64,000 nt of DNA, from assembly GCA_037447605.1 (NCBI GenBank), contig CM074810.1:1274880-1338879 (forward strand). The letters run 5' to 3'. The translations under genes and the position numbers were made by a program. Every line of letters begins with the position of its first letter. Position 1 is the stretch's first letter. This document shows positions 1 through 15,800 of this stretch, piece after piece. A model generated the notes under the pieces. That model ran no database searches and was not told where the DNA came from. It was given only the letters and a program-made list of their open reading frames with translations. The stretch comes from Zygnema circumcarinatum SAG 698-1b (taxonomy: Eukaryota; Plantae; Zygnematophyceae).

Positions 1-141
1 ACTGAAAGCACCTATGCTGCGTGACAGCTTCCAAGTGAGAGCATAAGTATGCATGTAGTCTTACTTTGGTGAGCAAACATGATTGCAAAAATGAATCCAG
101 TCAGTATATTGAAGCCCTCAGCCAATGCTTGGAGTTCGCAG

Positions 142-1068
142 GCTGTTTCTTATTCAAGGGGTCAGGCGCTGGCTGACGAGTTTGGCATAAAGTTTTTTGA
201 AGCTGTGAGTGACATCTCTACCTTGTCTTGCAATCCATCTTCTGAAAAATGTCAAAAAGGAAGTGTAGCGTTGCACGCTCTTGCTTGTATGTCTGGCGAC
301 CTCCCTCATTTGGGGATTATTTTTTTCCTTTACTTCGCGTCATTCTGAAGCTTGGAGCCGGGATTTCAAGGCAGATCGGAATGTATTGATCCCTAAATAG
401 TGAACAAAACCTTTTTGTTTGACCGACTGCTACGTTCGTCAGAAGTCACTGATTTGCAACTTGGAGAGATCAGTTGAAGTGCTGCTTTACAAGGCGTTGC
501 TGCCTCCCTTCCCCTAAAATCCCTTCGCTTCCCTTGACACCACAAATCACCGTCTGCTTTCACAAAATGCTCCTTCTCATCTCACTATACGTCATCGCTT
601 CCATTGATTCTTGGATCAATCAGGAGTTGCTACTCAAACTTTGATATGCAGTCTGCATCTATCATGCTTTGAAGCCATAGGCTGGTAGGCACCTAAGCAT
701 TTAGTGGCCCGTCTGACAGTCAGTTGTCTTCGGTGTTTGTCTCCTTCAGAGTGCCAAGACAAACTTGAACGTGGAGAATGTTTTCTTTACCATTGCCAGA
801 GACATCAAGCGACGTTTGGCAGAGACTGCGGATACCAAGCATGAGGTAACTAGCTACGTTTGGCTCGATCGATTTGCCTAATGACCATTGCAGTTAAAGT
901 CCAATCTTCTTGGTCTGATATCACCCTTTGCTCACAGCTTGGAGAGAAGGCTATCCTGACAAGGGAGGGGGGGCCCTGGTGTTGGTTTGACAGGTCAAAC
1001 CAAACATTGTGATCAAGCCCGAGCCCACGAGAAAACAAAAGCCAAAGTCTACTTGTTGTAACAGCTGA
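142..1068 (+). CDS. RABE1: RabE/Rab8-family small GTPase, paralog 1 (last three coding exons only; 5' part lies left of the window)
   Basis: Exons 142-204 ([21 protein letters not shown]), 750-845 ([32 protein letters not shown]) and 994-1068 ([24 protein letters not shown]), with GT-AG boundaries. Has the G5 E(A)SAK motif and a CC geranylgeranylation tail. Confidence 0.9.
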
Positions 1069-2267
1069 ACAACCAATCATCCGCGACCTACTTGTTTATT
1101 TACACATCGCTTCTCCTGCAAAAGGCATCAGGACGAGCGTTGGAGGGCCCGCCTTAACTATTGTACTCAGGGGAGGAGGAGGGAGACTGGATCAAAGGGC
1201 CAGGCTAAGTGTATCTGAAGGGCCCAAAGATATCAGACGAGCCCAAGCTATTGGCTATCCATTGTGAAGCGAAGGCTGCTAAGGCATCTAAAGTTGGCGA
1301 TATGTATGGGCTGTTCAGCTTTACGCAAGGCACTACCTCCCACCACTGGTAGGGCCTTCCTTCGGCGGGGTAGTCCTCTCTCACTCTCTGATGTGCTTCT
1401 TCTGTAGACGCCCTCTCAACTTATTGAAATCTTTATGACTTAGCCCTTGTCGGTTAGAAAGGCCCTTCCCATGTGGAGCAGAGTGGTAGGGCGTGGGGGG
1501 AATAGGCAGAAGGGTGGGTCCCCATAGTTTACTCACTGTACCTAAATAATGCAAATCATTGATGTTACCCTCCGGTGACTAAGCTATTGTTCCACCTGTA
1601 TTTAATTCACTTGAAAATGGTTGCAGCATCACGCCTACTCGTCAATGGTGATGGTGCACACTTACGTGAAAACTCTTGTAATGCAAAAACTAGCGTTGTG
1701 CATGCACATGGATGTGTGCGTAAACCATGACATGAAATGTTCATGAAATCATGACATCAATTATCACAAAATCACGTTAAATGAAGCAGATGACATCACC
1801 TTCGCATTGGCACTTCATGTGGCCATTGGGACCAATGCCAATCCATATCAACCAGATCGCCATGAGCGAGACTTTGTAGAGAGTCCCAACATGAAGCCAA
1901 CATGAAAGTTGTGAGAGTGCTTTTTTGGAAGCGCGAGATGGTAGAAAGTCCCACCTCCCAGCATGAGGCCAACATGGGCGTTGTGAGAGTGCTGGGTAGT
2001 TTCTAGGGGGCCGGCGCCCTGCGGCCGGTCAGAGGGGGGGGGGGGGAGGGGGGCAGGTGGGCCCGTGGGCGGCCCTGCCTCCGTCAGGCGGCCTCCCTCC
2101 CTCCCTTCCCTCCCTCCCTCCCGCGCCGTGCGAAGGTTCGCGGGGCGGTTCCGCAGAGAGAGGGCAGGGCAGGAGAGGAGAGGAGGGGAAGGGGAGAGAG
2201 GAGGGAGAGGGCGTTAGGGTTAGCGCTCCGCTTGCAGGACCGCCTCCCGCTCCTCGAATTTGCGGTC

Positions 2268-5296
<3,029 letters not shown>

Positions 5297-6752
5297 GTGG
5301 AAAACGCTGCTTCAGCGGGTATCCAAGAAGGGAGCATATTGGGCTGAGCTGGCGATGAACTCTACTCGGCCTCAGATGGATGGGCCCTTCCCGTCTATGG
5401 GGGGAGGAAGATAGCAAAGGAATCGAAGCAATGCGAATGTGAGCCACGGGATTCCGTTAGGGCTTAACCAGGTGGTGGTTGGTTATGTTAAATATTCGGG
5501 TCAGTGTGCCTCTTAGAATACGGCCTCTGGTAGGGCCGGGGGCGGGACAGGCACCCCATTGGGCGCCACAGGGGGGCAGGAAGGAAGGAAGGAAGGGGGT
5601 GGAGCTGGTGGCTGTAGATCGCGGTTTTGAACTTTCTGTATAGCTCAATGCCTTTCGGAAGCGGGGTCTACGTGCTCAAGGTGTGTCCAGGCGATTTTGT
5701 CCTCTAGTGCTGAATTACCTGAGATGTTATGGCGTCATTCATTTTGTACCCACTCACTATTGCAATGTTGTGAGCTCTCTGCCAAGGCGGGCCCTTCCTG
5801 CATTCCTGCAAACGAATGGCTTTCTAGGGTTTTTAGGTCATTTTTGGATGGCGTTAACGGGCCCTCCTAAAATGCGGGAAATACAGTCGAGCATCTGCCA
5901 AATTAACTGCGCCACGTGCATAATTGCCTATGTGGCGAGTCGTAATTGGACGATGCTCGACCATAATGTGCAATGGATAAAGGCCGAAGGTGTCCTTTCC
6001 CTGAAAGCAGCTGCACATGACGAGCTAGTTCTATTTCGCCTGTCCTTGTTTGGAGACGCTGAGAGAAATTGAATGCGCTGCAGAGTTCAATTTCCGGCCA
6101 CAATAGGAACACTCCATTGCCAATTTGACTCCAGTGTCAAATTTTCCATCATTCACTTTTTTGTTTTAAGGTGGGTCTGAATGGAAGGGCCCCCTGGAAG
6201 CAGGGCTTGCCCATGGCCCTTTCCCTGCCTCCTTGGGTCCTTTGCCAGCGGTTGGCTCCTCGTGGTTCTCCATCTTGTTTTCCGTCCATGGACAGTCATT
6301 CGCACACAACGCAAAATTCCTCATCATTATCGTCCCTGTTTAAAGAAACAAAAAAAAAAAAAAAAAAAAAAAAACCACGTTTGCATAATTTATTTTGACG
6401 TGGCATATTTTGATTGGTGTCGATCCGTACGTCCTTGTGAGTCCGGCCGTTTGTACGGTCCGATCGTCCGTACAGCCCGTCCAGCCGTACGGTTTGGCTT
6501 CCATAACGCCGGCCCGCTTTCCGCGCCCGTTTGAATACACACATGATGACGTGGCATGCCTCTCTATCTGCCACGTGGGCATCGGACTACGACTGCGGGC
6601 AACGGGCGGGAGCCGGCGCCCTCAAAAAGGGCCCGTACTCAAATGCTCTCCCGCACGCCACTCTCTTCCACTCCCTCTCTCTCTCCCTCTCTCCCTCGCC
6701 CTCTCCCTCTCCCTCTCCCTCTCTCTTTTCGGCTCCCGCGAGCTCGGCCGCC

Positions 6753-8315
6753 ATGGCTTCCGACCAACCTCAGCAGCAGCAGCAGCAACAGCAGCAGAAG
6801 CAGCAGAGTTCTCTGCAGGAAGTAGGAGTCTTGCGGAGCATCTTTATGGAGGAACACAAGATGCTTTCTGTCGTGTCGTGGTCCACATTGAAGCAGTCTG
6901 CAGCGGCGGGGCTGCAGGAGCTGCATGTAACGGACGTGTACATGACGTGGACTGCTGCGGGATATATTCTTGGAGAGAAAGGCGACTCTGTGCGTGACAT
7001 CGTTGCTGTCACAGGGGCGGATGTGAGCTCCAGGCAGGGAAGCTGGCGCCATGGTAACACTCCTGCACGCTGGTTCCAAGTAATGTCCATTGAGAGGGCG
7101 GAGGTTGACAGAGCGGTGTCAATTATGAAGGGCGCATTGCAGCAGTTCAATCGCCATGTATCACTCAAGAAGAGCTTTGTGTGCATAGCGGCGAAGGACT
7201 TCGCTTCAACAATTGACGGAGTGGTGTTCAATTTCCGGCCTCCTTCCAAGAACGGAGCTTGTACTCGCTTTGTACCAGTCTGCAAGCTCCCTCTCAGGGC
7301 GTGTCCCGTCCTGTTGGGCTCGGACAATCCCAAAAGGCAAACTCTAAAAGCAGATTTTTCTCTCGCCCGAATGCATTCGTATCCTTTTCAGTCGCAGGTT
7401 CACCTCCCCCCTTTGCCGGCCCGCAGTACCATCCCCTTCCAGGGTAGCCTGCCAGGCTACCACCCCTACCATGTGGCAGCCTGCGGTATGATTGGCAACC
7501 ATAGCCTTCTTCCTCCACTCCCCTTCGTCCAGGACAGCTACCACCACTTTGCTCGAGCAAACCTGGAGCAGGAAAAGAGCAAACTTCTGCACCAGCTGGC
7601 AGTGGTCAATCATTACGAAGGCTTTCTCCAGTCACAGTTTGACCCTGGCAACTCGATGGCATACGAGCAGAAACCGGCGGTGCAACGATTTCATGAGCTG
7701 CGGTCAGCAGCTCTTGCCCGCACTGCGAGCTTTCCTGTGAGGATTCAAGCTGCTTCAAGTCGACACCGCCAAGCCAGTAAACAGCAGCAGAGTGAAGCAG
7801 TTCATCCGTCACAACAATGCGACAAAGCGGCGTTGGAAAAGACGCCATCTTCGCCTGTGAACTTGGCACAAGATGCAGACTCAGAAACGAGCTTGACTAC
7901 GGCGCTCAATGCCACTCCGACGAAAAGCACGCAGCTGAATATTTCTCTGAATAACCCCTCTCCTCCTTGTGGGAAAACTCCAATCCCCAGCCATGACCGA
8001 AGCATGACGACAGACCTCTTGGCTGCTGGTGCCGCCACTCACTTGCAGTCGCTGTTGGCAGCCTTGCCCTCCTCAGAAGCACTGTCAGACAAACGACCTG
8101 CAGCGGAACGTGGCGCATCGCGGTCAGTGGTGATGCCTCTTATGGCGCGCGACATCAACGTAATGCCGAAGTCTGAAGAAAATGTGACTGACAGCAAGAA
8201 AAGTGTGCGCAGTGCTCAGCCTCCTTTCGCAGGGAAACGGCCACTTGTATGTGCAACTGAGAAGGTGAGCTTTCTGTCATTTTTGACAGAGGTCCGTGTA
8301 AGCAGAAAAGACTGA
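6753..8315 (+). CDS. KH-domain (type I, GxxG) putative RNA-binding protein with N-terminal polyQ and long disordered tail
   Basis: Long uninterrupted ORF with gccgccATGG at 6753. AAGYILGEKGDSVRDIVAVTGADV matches the KH GxxG loop pattern. A donor-like AAG|GTGAGC near 8265 means the 3' end may splice further (candidate acceptor at 8640), so the end coordinate is uncertain. Confidence 0.65.
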   Translation: MASDQPQQQQQQQQQKQQSSLQEVGVLRSIFMEEHKMLSVVSWSTLKQSAAAGLQELHVTDVYMTWTAAGYILGEKGDSVRDIVAVTGADVSSRQGSWRHGNTPARWFQVMSIERAEVDRAVSIMKGALQQFNRHVSLKKSFVCIAAKDFASTIDGVVFNFRPPSKNGACTRFVPVCKLPLRACPVLLGSDNPKRQTLKADFSLARMHSYPFQSQVHLPPLPARSTIPFQGSLPGYHPYHVAACGMIGNHSLLPPLPFVQDSYHHFARANLEQEKSKLLHQLAVVNHYEGFLQSQFDPGNSMAYEQKPAVQRFHELRSAALARTASFPVRIQAASSRHRQASKQQQSEAVHPSQQCDKAALEKTPSSPVNLAQDADSETSLTTALNATPTKSTQLNISLNNPSPPCGKTPIPSHDRSMTTDLLAAGAATHLQSLLAALPSSEALSDKRPAAERGASRSVVMPLMARDINVMPKSEENVTDSKKSVRSAQPPFAGKRPLVCATEKVSFLSFLTEVRVSRKD

Positions 8316-10205
8316 CTGGTTACAATTATTACACGTCGAGTCTTGAGGGCTGTTTACCAATTTCTTGGGAACGTGGTCTATGGCTTTTTTTCGTATTCCT
8401 GAAACTGACAACAACTGACTAGCGGCTTTCTATGCAGAATCAGAACACGGATGCTGCAACCGTTGTAGTTGGCTCTCTTCACGTGCCCCTCGCCCCACCT
8501 CTTGAAGCCTCCAACCTCGGGGAGATTGAAGCAAACTGAGGCAAGAAGGACAGGGTCGAGCTGCTCAAATTTCATTACTTCTGTACCTTACTCTGTCATT
8601 TGGTAACCCCCTCGTGTCTCTCTCCCCCTCGTTCTCACAGAACATATTCAGCTGTGCGGCCTTGAAAGATTTGGTCTGCATAGCTTACTTGCAAGACACG
8701 TTTGGTCTCTGCCACTGCATGCTCTCCTTTTATGGGCTGCATGCTGGCGGGTGTTGTAACTATAAGTGTAAGTGTAACTGGAACTGCAACTAGAAGGCTT
8801 ATCTCACTTGAAGTTCATAAAAAACCACTCAGGTATGGCTTGTAGGGTAGTGCAGAAGGTAAAGGATAGCCCGCTTGACGAGATGCCTACACTGAAATGG
8901 TTTTGTTCATTGCAAGGCATTTTGCTCACGAAAAAATTAAGCGATAGCATATTTATGGGAGGGAGCATGTAGGAAGAGTGCAGGCAAATAGAGCACTTAG
9001 TGTTTTCTTGATAAGCATAGGACGTGGAGAGAGCCTAAAAATGTAGCGCATATCTTGTGTCACATGTACCGTATCATAGGGCCATGCTCTGATGGCGACA
9101 ACCACTTTTGTAATTTTCTATCCTCAGCATCCAACAGATTCCGAATATATTAAAATGTACGGCCTTGTCATGGACAGCATCAGAGGTTGAAGTGCGGCCT
9201 CCAGGAGTCTTAAAAATCTAAAAGCCGAAGAAAACAAGGGAAACTGAAAAAGCCAGATCTAGTTACAACATGTGCAGCCGTCTATATCGCTTGCCGATGC
9301 TTGGTTTACAGTTCATCCCAAAACCAGCCTCCACTAACTGCTTCTACCAAAACTGAGCCGAAAAAAAGGTATCAAAAGTCTCAGGCTCTGCCTTGAAGAA
9401 CCTCCTGTTCCGCCTGCTTCTCTCGTAAATACAATTTACCTTTTCCGTTTTGAAGCAGAGAAGTTATGCTCCCAAGAATGCGAGGGCAGGTGGACGGTAT
9501 TGGCACAATGCAGGGGAAACTCCGTCCTGCAGACAGGTCCACCCTTCAGCATGGAGGCACCATCCAGACTCTGCTCTGTCGAATAGCGGAAAATGCTCTA
9601 CAATATTAAATAATAGTATTACAACCTGAACTGCAAAGCCATAAAAACATGCAAATTTTGAGCTGCTCCGAAAAACTGAACGGGCTGCCAAAGAAATTTT
9701 ACCTTGAAGTCAGACCTTTTTGCTGTCGCGTTTACTCTAGCAGTGAAAGAGCACCTGCATCCATTGGGGCATCATCGGGTCAAAAGGCTGCAACTCTCGG
9801 AGAGCATCACAGAGAAGGTGACAAGGTCCATGACAAGGTGAGGATTATTGTTGTACAGCAGCAGGTACAAAATGAAGCATGTATTTGAGAAAAGCGCTTG
9901 CCCTGCTAAGGGATAAAGCGGAGATGACCTGGCAGTGATGTTGCAGGTGTTTAAGAGGCGCTGACGTGCCGCTTTAGCCGAGCCTGCAAGGCTGGTGTTA
10001 GCCCACGCGGGTCGGGCTGCTATCACGCGAGACGAAGTACGCTTTTCAACAACTCCTGCAACGCGTCAACTAAGACCGTCTCAGCATCCTGATGGACTTG
10101 AAGGAGAGGTGCATAACTGTAATCCAGAAACACGAATTAGGAAATAGAAAGAGTATGCCGTTTGCATCATTTGACTACCCAAAACTCCCTGCAAACGGCT
10201 GCGAC

Positions 10206-11937
10206 TTAATCCCAAAACATACCTGGTAAGCAGGCTGTAGCCCCTACAGGGAGCACACCACAATCTGCTATCATCACATCCTGGACACAAGCAAAAGAGC
10301 AGCCACCGCTCGTCCCTTTAGAAGGGGAGATATGAAGTGGAAGCGGAGCGGGTGAACTCTGCGCTCCAAATTTCCCTGCAGAACTCCCAACAGCAGCTTC
10401 AGGGAAGGCTCGTTTGAATCCATAAGCATTCCCGTACCTGTGAAGTTTCTCCACTCCGACTACCTAAAGTTTCAATCGCCTTCACTACGCCAAACCCTTC
10501 AACAACCTGCCCAAACACCACATGGCGGCCATCAAGCCTGCCCACCTCAACATGCATTAGTTAAGGGATTCTGTCTTGGCAACAATAAGTTAATAAAATG
10601 AGCCAGACAGAATGAATGAAGTACTTCTGAGATAATGTATTCATGGATGCAGCCATAATCCAGAAGTCAATGGCAATAAAATAAGAATAATGGAGTCAGC
10701 TTCTGATTTAAAAATAACTTAAGAACCACTTTGGAATGATAAGAACTAGGCAGGCATAGCTTACCAGGGGGTTGCTGCTACGCAGAGAAAAAACTGAGAG
10801 CCATTGCTGTTGGGGCCGCTATTGGCCATCGACAAAATGCCTGCATATTTCACAAGCGCTTCTTCTAAGTAAGTCTTAAGCAAGGGCCATTAACTAGCCT
10901 TGCCTATAGCCTTCCTAACTGTATTTTCCTTCAAAACATGCAAACATAGAAATAGAGTTGAAGTACTCGTTGAGTCCCTTCAAGAAGGCAGGTTCCAAGG
11001 CAGGTTCCTCACCAGGCCCAAAGTGCCCAAGGACAAAGGTTTCGTCCGGAAACTTGGCTCCATAGATGGAGTACCCTCCAGTGCCATTGTCATTGGTGAA
11101 ATCCCCTCCTGCTCAGAAGCACAAAAGAAGGAAATCAGCTAAGGCTTCTTGCATTGCTTTTGGAACCGATCTGCGTATCCTAAAGGTGATCACCAAACTT
11201 AAAAGGTAAGAAAATCGAAGTCCATCGATAGAATTGAGTGAGTAACGTACCTTGTGCCATAAAGCCAGGAATGATTCGATGAAATCGAGAATTTTTGTAT
11301 CCTTCTCCAGCAGGCGCTTGGCAGAGCTGGAGAAAATTCTCAGCAGTTTTGGGAGCTACGTCTTTTTTCAACTACAGACAAATCAACATAGAAATACGGA
11401 TAATAAGACAAAGAAAATTCCAATAAATTAGAGAACTTCTGATTCCCATTCACCCAAGCATAAAAAACATGAAGAATAAAGCATACACTCATTTGTGGAT
11501 CCTGAGGTTCACGAAGTCATAGGATCAGGAGAAAGGAAGGAAGGAAGGATGTCCCTCCGACATATCACTGTCAAGCAAACCTTTTATAAACAAAATGCTC
11601 CAACCAATCCTTTCCTAGTGAAAAATATAACCTGTCCTACCACTTGACAACTGGCTCATCTTGCATTTTCTCAAATGCAGGAAATCTACCTGGTACTAAT
11701 CTAAAAAAAATCATTTCAGACCAGAACCAGAATCAGAAACCATCGAAACATCTGATCCCATCGCACCTCGATCACCACTCGACCAACAGGAGTGCCGGCG
11801 CCATAGCGGCCGAGGCATATGTCAAAAAATACGAGCGGATTGTCGGCCTTAACAGGGCCAAGCGGCGGCTGGTAGCCTCCTCCCAGCGTAGCCGCCAAGG
11901 CTGCCACCTCTTCCGGCTTGCTCCCTCCTGCCCCCAT
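10206..11937 (-). CDS. Cyclophilin-type peptidyl-prolyl isomerase with N-terminal MGAGGS extension
   Basis: Exons 11937-11767, 11371-11251, 11108-11013, 10840-10765, 10537-10438, 10280-(10206 or a further spliced exon). Motifs: [65 protein letters not shown]. The last exon boundary is ambiguous. Confidence 0.93.
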
Positions 11938-12809
11938 GGCTTCCTCCTCCCCTCCTCTCCTCTCCTGCAAGACAAGCTCCTGCTGCACTGCACTGCAGGG
12001 GTGTGCTCGTAAGCCGGCACCTGATGGCTGCAGCTTGGGTCAACCAATCCGACGACGTCACGTGGAACACACTGACACGTGACGTTGTTTCAGAATGCCA
12101 CGTAGCACGTCTGATATGACGTGGCAGAAGTCTATCCTCTTTGAAGCCGAAGGGAAGGGGGGCAACTTGGGCTCTCTCCATCGCTGTAGCGTCGTCCAAT
12201 GGCGACTTGCCACGTTCTCAAAATTGCGTACGTGGCGAATCGTCATTGGAAGGTGCTCGACTTGAGCCCGCAAATCGAGAAAGCCCCCTTTTGGTGAGCG
12301 AAGGTGTTCCCTTCGCATGAGGGGGGGGGGACTGTGCTGCTTCTTTTTCTTTATAGTAGCGACCGCCATTGAACTGCGCAAAGAGTTAGAGAGTGAATTC
12401 ATCGATTCCTCGATGTAAGAAAAATCAAGCAACAGCTGAATGTGTGTTAAATCATCATTGTAGAATTTATTGATAAATTGCAACGGTTACACCGACGAGG
12501 TTGCACTGACATTCTTGAGCTGAGCTTGAGCTGAGCAATTCATCTCTCCATGAGAGAATCTCATGTAAGATTGTTGCGCAGTGGCCTTGGAACAATCTTA
12601 GATGAGATATAATGCCTTATTCAGTTGGGAACCGCGCTGCCTAGCCTTCAGCGGGCTACAATACCAACCTCAGACAGCGAATAATACAAATAACGAGGCA
12701 GAATGAAATTGTACTACCACTCTCCTTTATCTTCCTCTGGCCTAGGTGCTGCAGGTCTTATTCAGTGCCCTTCAGTGCGCTTCCCCCTTCTTGTGCAGAA
12801 AGGAGCCGC

Positions 12810-15800
12810 CTACAAGAGCCATAGCAAACAAGTTAAAACCACGAACTGAATCACCCAATACAATTTGGAACCTCCAATCGTTGGAGTCCCAGCGTTAGGA
12901 GGTGGACCGGGCGTCTCGAGAATGAGTGAGCCCGCTGCGGGAGGGAGGTTGCCAGACAAACTGATGCCGCTTGCAGGAGGTGGAGTGCCAATAACAGCAG
13001 GCTTAGGTGGAGGAGGGCCGGCAAGTGGGGTGGAGTTCGCAGGTAGTATCGGCACCATGGGAGGCTGTGGAGGCGGGGAACTTTTGGGGGAAGGGGAAGG
13101 GAAAGAGGACGGCAGAGGAGGGGAAGGTGAAGGGGAAGGGGAAGGGAAAGGTGAATGCGAGGGGGAAGGGGAAGGGAAAGGGGACGGCGGAGGAGGGGAA
13201 GGTGAGGGGGAAGGGGTAGGGGAAGGGGAAGGTGAATGCGAAGGGGGAGGGGAAGGGAAAGGGGACGGCAGAGGAGGGGAAGGTGAGGGGGAAGGGGAAG
13301 GGGAAGGTGAATGCGAAGGGGTAGGGGAAGGGAAAGGGGACGGCAGAGGAGGGGAAGGTGAGGGGGAAGGGGAAGGGGAAGGGGAAGGGGAAGGTGAATG
13401 CGAAGGGGGAGGGGAAGGGAAAGGGGACGGCGGAGGAGAAGGGGGTGGGAAAGGGGACAGTGAAGGGAAAGGGGAAGGGGAACGGGGAGGGAAAGGTGGA
13501 GGGGGCGAAGGTGGGGGAAGGGAGGGGGAAGGCGCATACGTTATCGGGGGAGATGGCAGCGGTGTTGGCAGTGATGGCAAACTGCACAATAAACATAAGC
13601 AGAATGACAAATTGTACAAATTCATAGGGTTGTAAGCGGCAAAAATAGCTAGCCATACCAATGTCTATTTCCCGTCTTGTTGAATCCACTTCGAGGCTTA
13701 AGATGCTCCCCTGCTAAATGAAAAGGAGGATTAACAATCCTTGATGCAGACGTTGAAGCCACGTTACAGTTCACTAGAGTTTACTGCAACTGCTTTCAAT
13801 GCTGGAAGGATGCGATGAGATATTCTGAAAGAGGGTTGAAAGCCACACCTGAATGATGGATACATAATAGATTTCAGATGCCACAATTTGTCTGAGTGGA
13901 CCGATGACCAGTCATCCATCAGGATCCCCCCAGTGTCACCGGAATTGGGTCCCCATGTGAAGTATGTCCATACCAGCTGCTTTCTCCTGCCAGTCCCGAG
14001 CAGCAGATTAGCTGACATGAGTTATATACAAACGGGTTTGTTGAGGAAACCATGTCAATGCTCTATCAACTTGATTTTATCCAAAGAATTCCATGGAAGA
14101 TGGTTCAAAGTCTTGGAATTGAACCATGACTGGGGGAAGCAAAGGACAAGGGGAACATGAGCACCTGATATAGTCGAGGAAGTTCCAAAACCAAAGTTTC
14201 TCTATTGTCTCATAGACTCCAGTGCTGGTAAAGTTGACTCGTGTCCCAAATTCTCCAACCCAAACAGGGGCAATGTCTTGGTCCTTCACGAAGCCATAAA
14301 GTGTGTCCCAGTGGGCCTCCAAGTTATTCGGAAAATCAGGCGCAGTCAGCCATGAATTATTCGCGACAAGTGGTCCGTAGTCGTGTACGGTGTAAACCAG
14401 CTTATTGGGAACCTAAATCAAAGATAAAGAACACCATGTCATCCAAATATAAGAAATGAACATGCCCTGCAACTCTCTCTCTCTCTCGCTCTATCTCTGT
14501 CTCTATATATATCTATATCTCTCGCTTTCTTTGTCCCTCTCTGTCCCTCTCTCTCTCTGTCTATCTCTCTCTCTGTCTCTCTGTCTCTCTTTGTCCCTCT
14601 CTCTCTCTCTTTGCGAGGAGATTCCACTATATACAGCTCAGGCCTGTGTCAACTCTCCATTTTGCTGTGGTTATTAGTTAGGCAGTAAGTGGGGAGGGTG
14701 TGACGTGGAGACCTTACAGTGAGCTCCAGTGGGTAGGTTATCAGGGGAATGAGGTTTCCTCCCCAATTGCCGTCATACCACATGCCTTCTACGCAGATAA
14801 GCCAGTCGGGCATGATTTCCTGGATGGCATCTGCAGCTCTAAACATCCAGTGTATTCCCACACAGTGAAGAACTTAGTCCAACTTTCCTCACGTATTCAA
14901 CTGCACCAACATCAGCAAGCATTCACTTGCAATTTACTTCCTTACAGCTACACTTTGCTCGAGGACAAAGCCTCAGAAAAATTAGCCACGTCAATCTCTG
15001 CCCCTTTTCCTCACCCCGGCCGCCCTCCCCCACTGCTTTTCCCTCTTACTCTCCATTCACCGTTTCTTGCATTCTCCATCATTATCCCCTCACGTTCAGA
15101 GGGTCACTCAACCATCTGATTCATCTGGCTTATGTTCCCTTCATTCCTCTCTCCACTTTTTCCCCACCAGTTTTCTTTCTAGTTCCCTTGTTCTCCCCCT
15201 TCCCAATCGTCCCTGTTATCCTCCCCCCCTCTTTTGGCTTCTCATCGCTTCCCCTCATCCCTCTTCTGCCTTTCACTCTTTCACCCGCCCTGCCTTCACA
15301 CTTTCCCCCTGCCCCGTTGTCCCTCTTACCCCTTCCATCTTTCCCTTCCCTACCTACCCTAATGTCCGTGTATCTTCCATTTTCATCCTCCCTTGTCTCC
15401 CTTGGGTCTTCCTCCTTTCCTTATTTTTTTCCTTTGTACTCCTCCATTTCCATTCTCGTCTCCCGTTCCTCTCCTTCTCCTTCGCCCTTTCTTTCTCCTT
15501 CTCCCTCCCCCATCTTTTCTCGTTCTCCCTCTCCCCTTCTCCTTGTTCATTTGTTCTCCCTTGGCAAAGACTGTGTTGTACCTCTTAGAAGCCCATCGCC
15601 AGTTGTTGTCGTTTGTGCTCGTATCCCAATACGGAGCATCAACTCCGGGACCATTGTGAGGCTCGTTGAACAAGTCGACCTGAATCACATGGAACTATTA
15701 CTGGCCACTGCTCTTAACCATACCTGCTACTTTTCGCTTCACGTAAAAATAAAGCACCGAAGCATGAAAAATGAAAGAGAATCGTCGGAAGTGAATATTT

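Noticed and set aside
1106-1115. ATCGCTTCTC resembling the U2 snRNA 5' end
   Set aside because: Only 10 nt match, with no branch-pairing sequence or Sm site following.
1882-1993. Two ~36-bp direct repeats separated by ~35 bp (CRISPR-like spacing)
   Set aside because: Only two imperfect copies; best explained as a local tandem duplication.
6346-6373. Poly(A) run as a retroposon tail
   Set aside because: No TSD or Pol III boxes identified upstream.
12865-13635. Gly/Glu-rich collagen-like + strand ORF and other frames
   Set aside because: Antisense or alternative frames of the GH5 Pro/Ser stalk exon.
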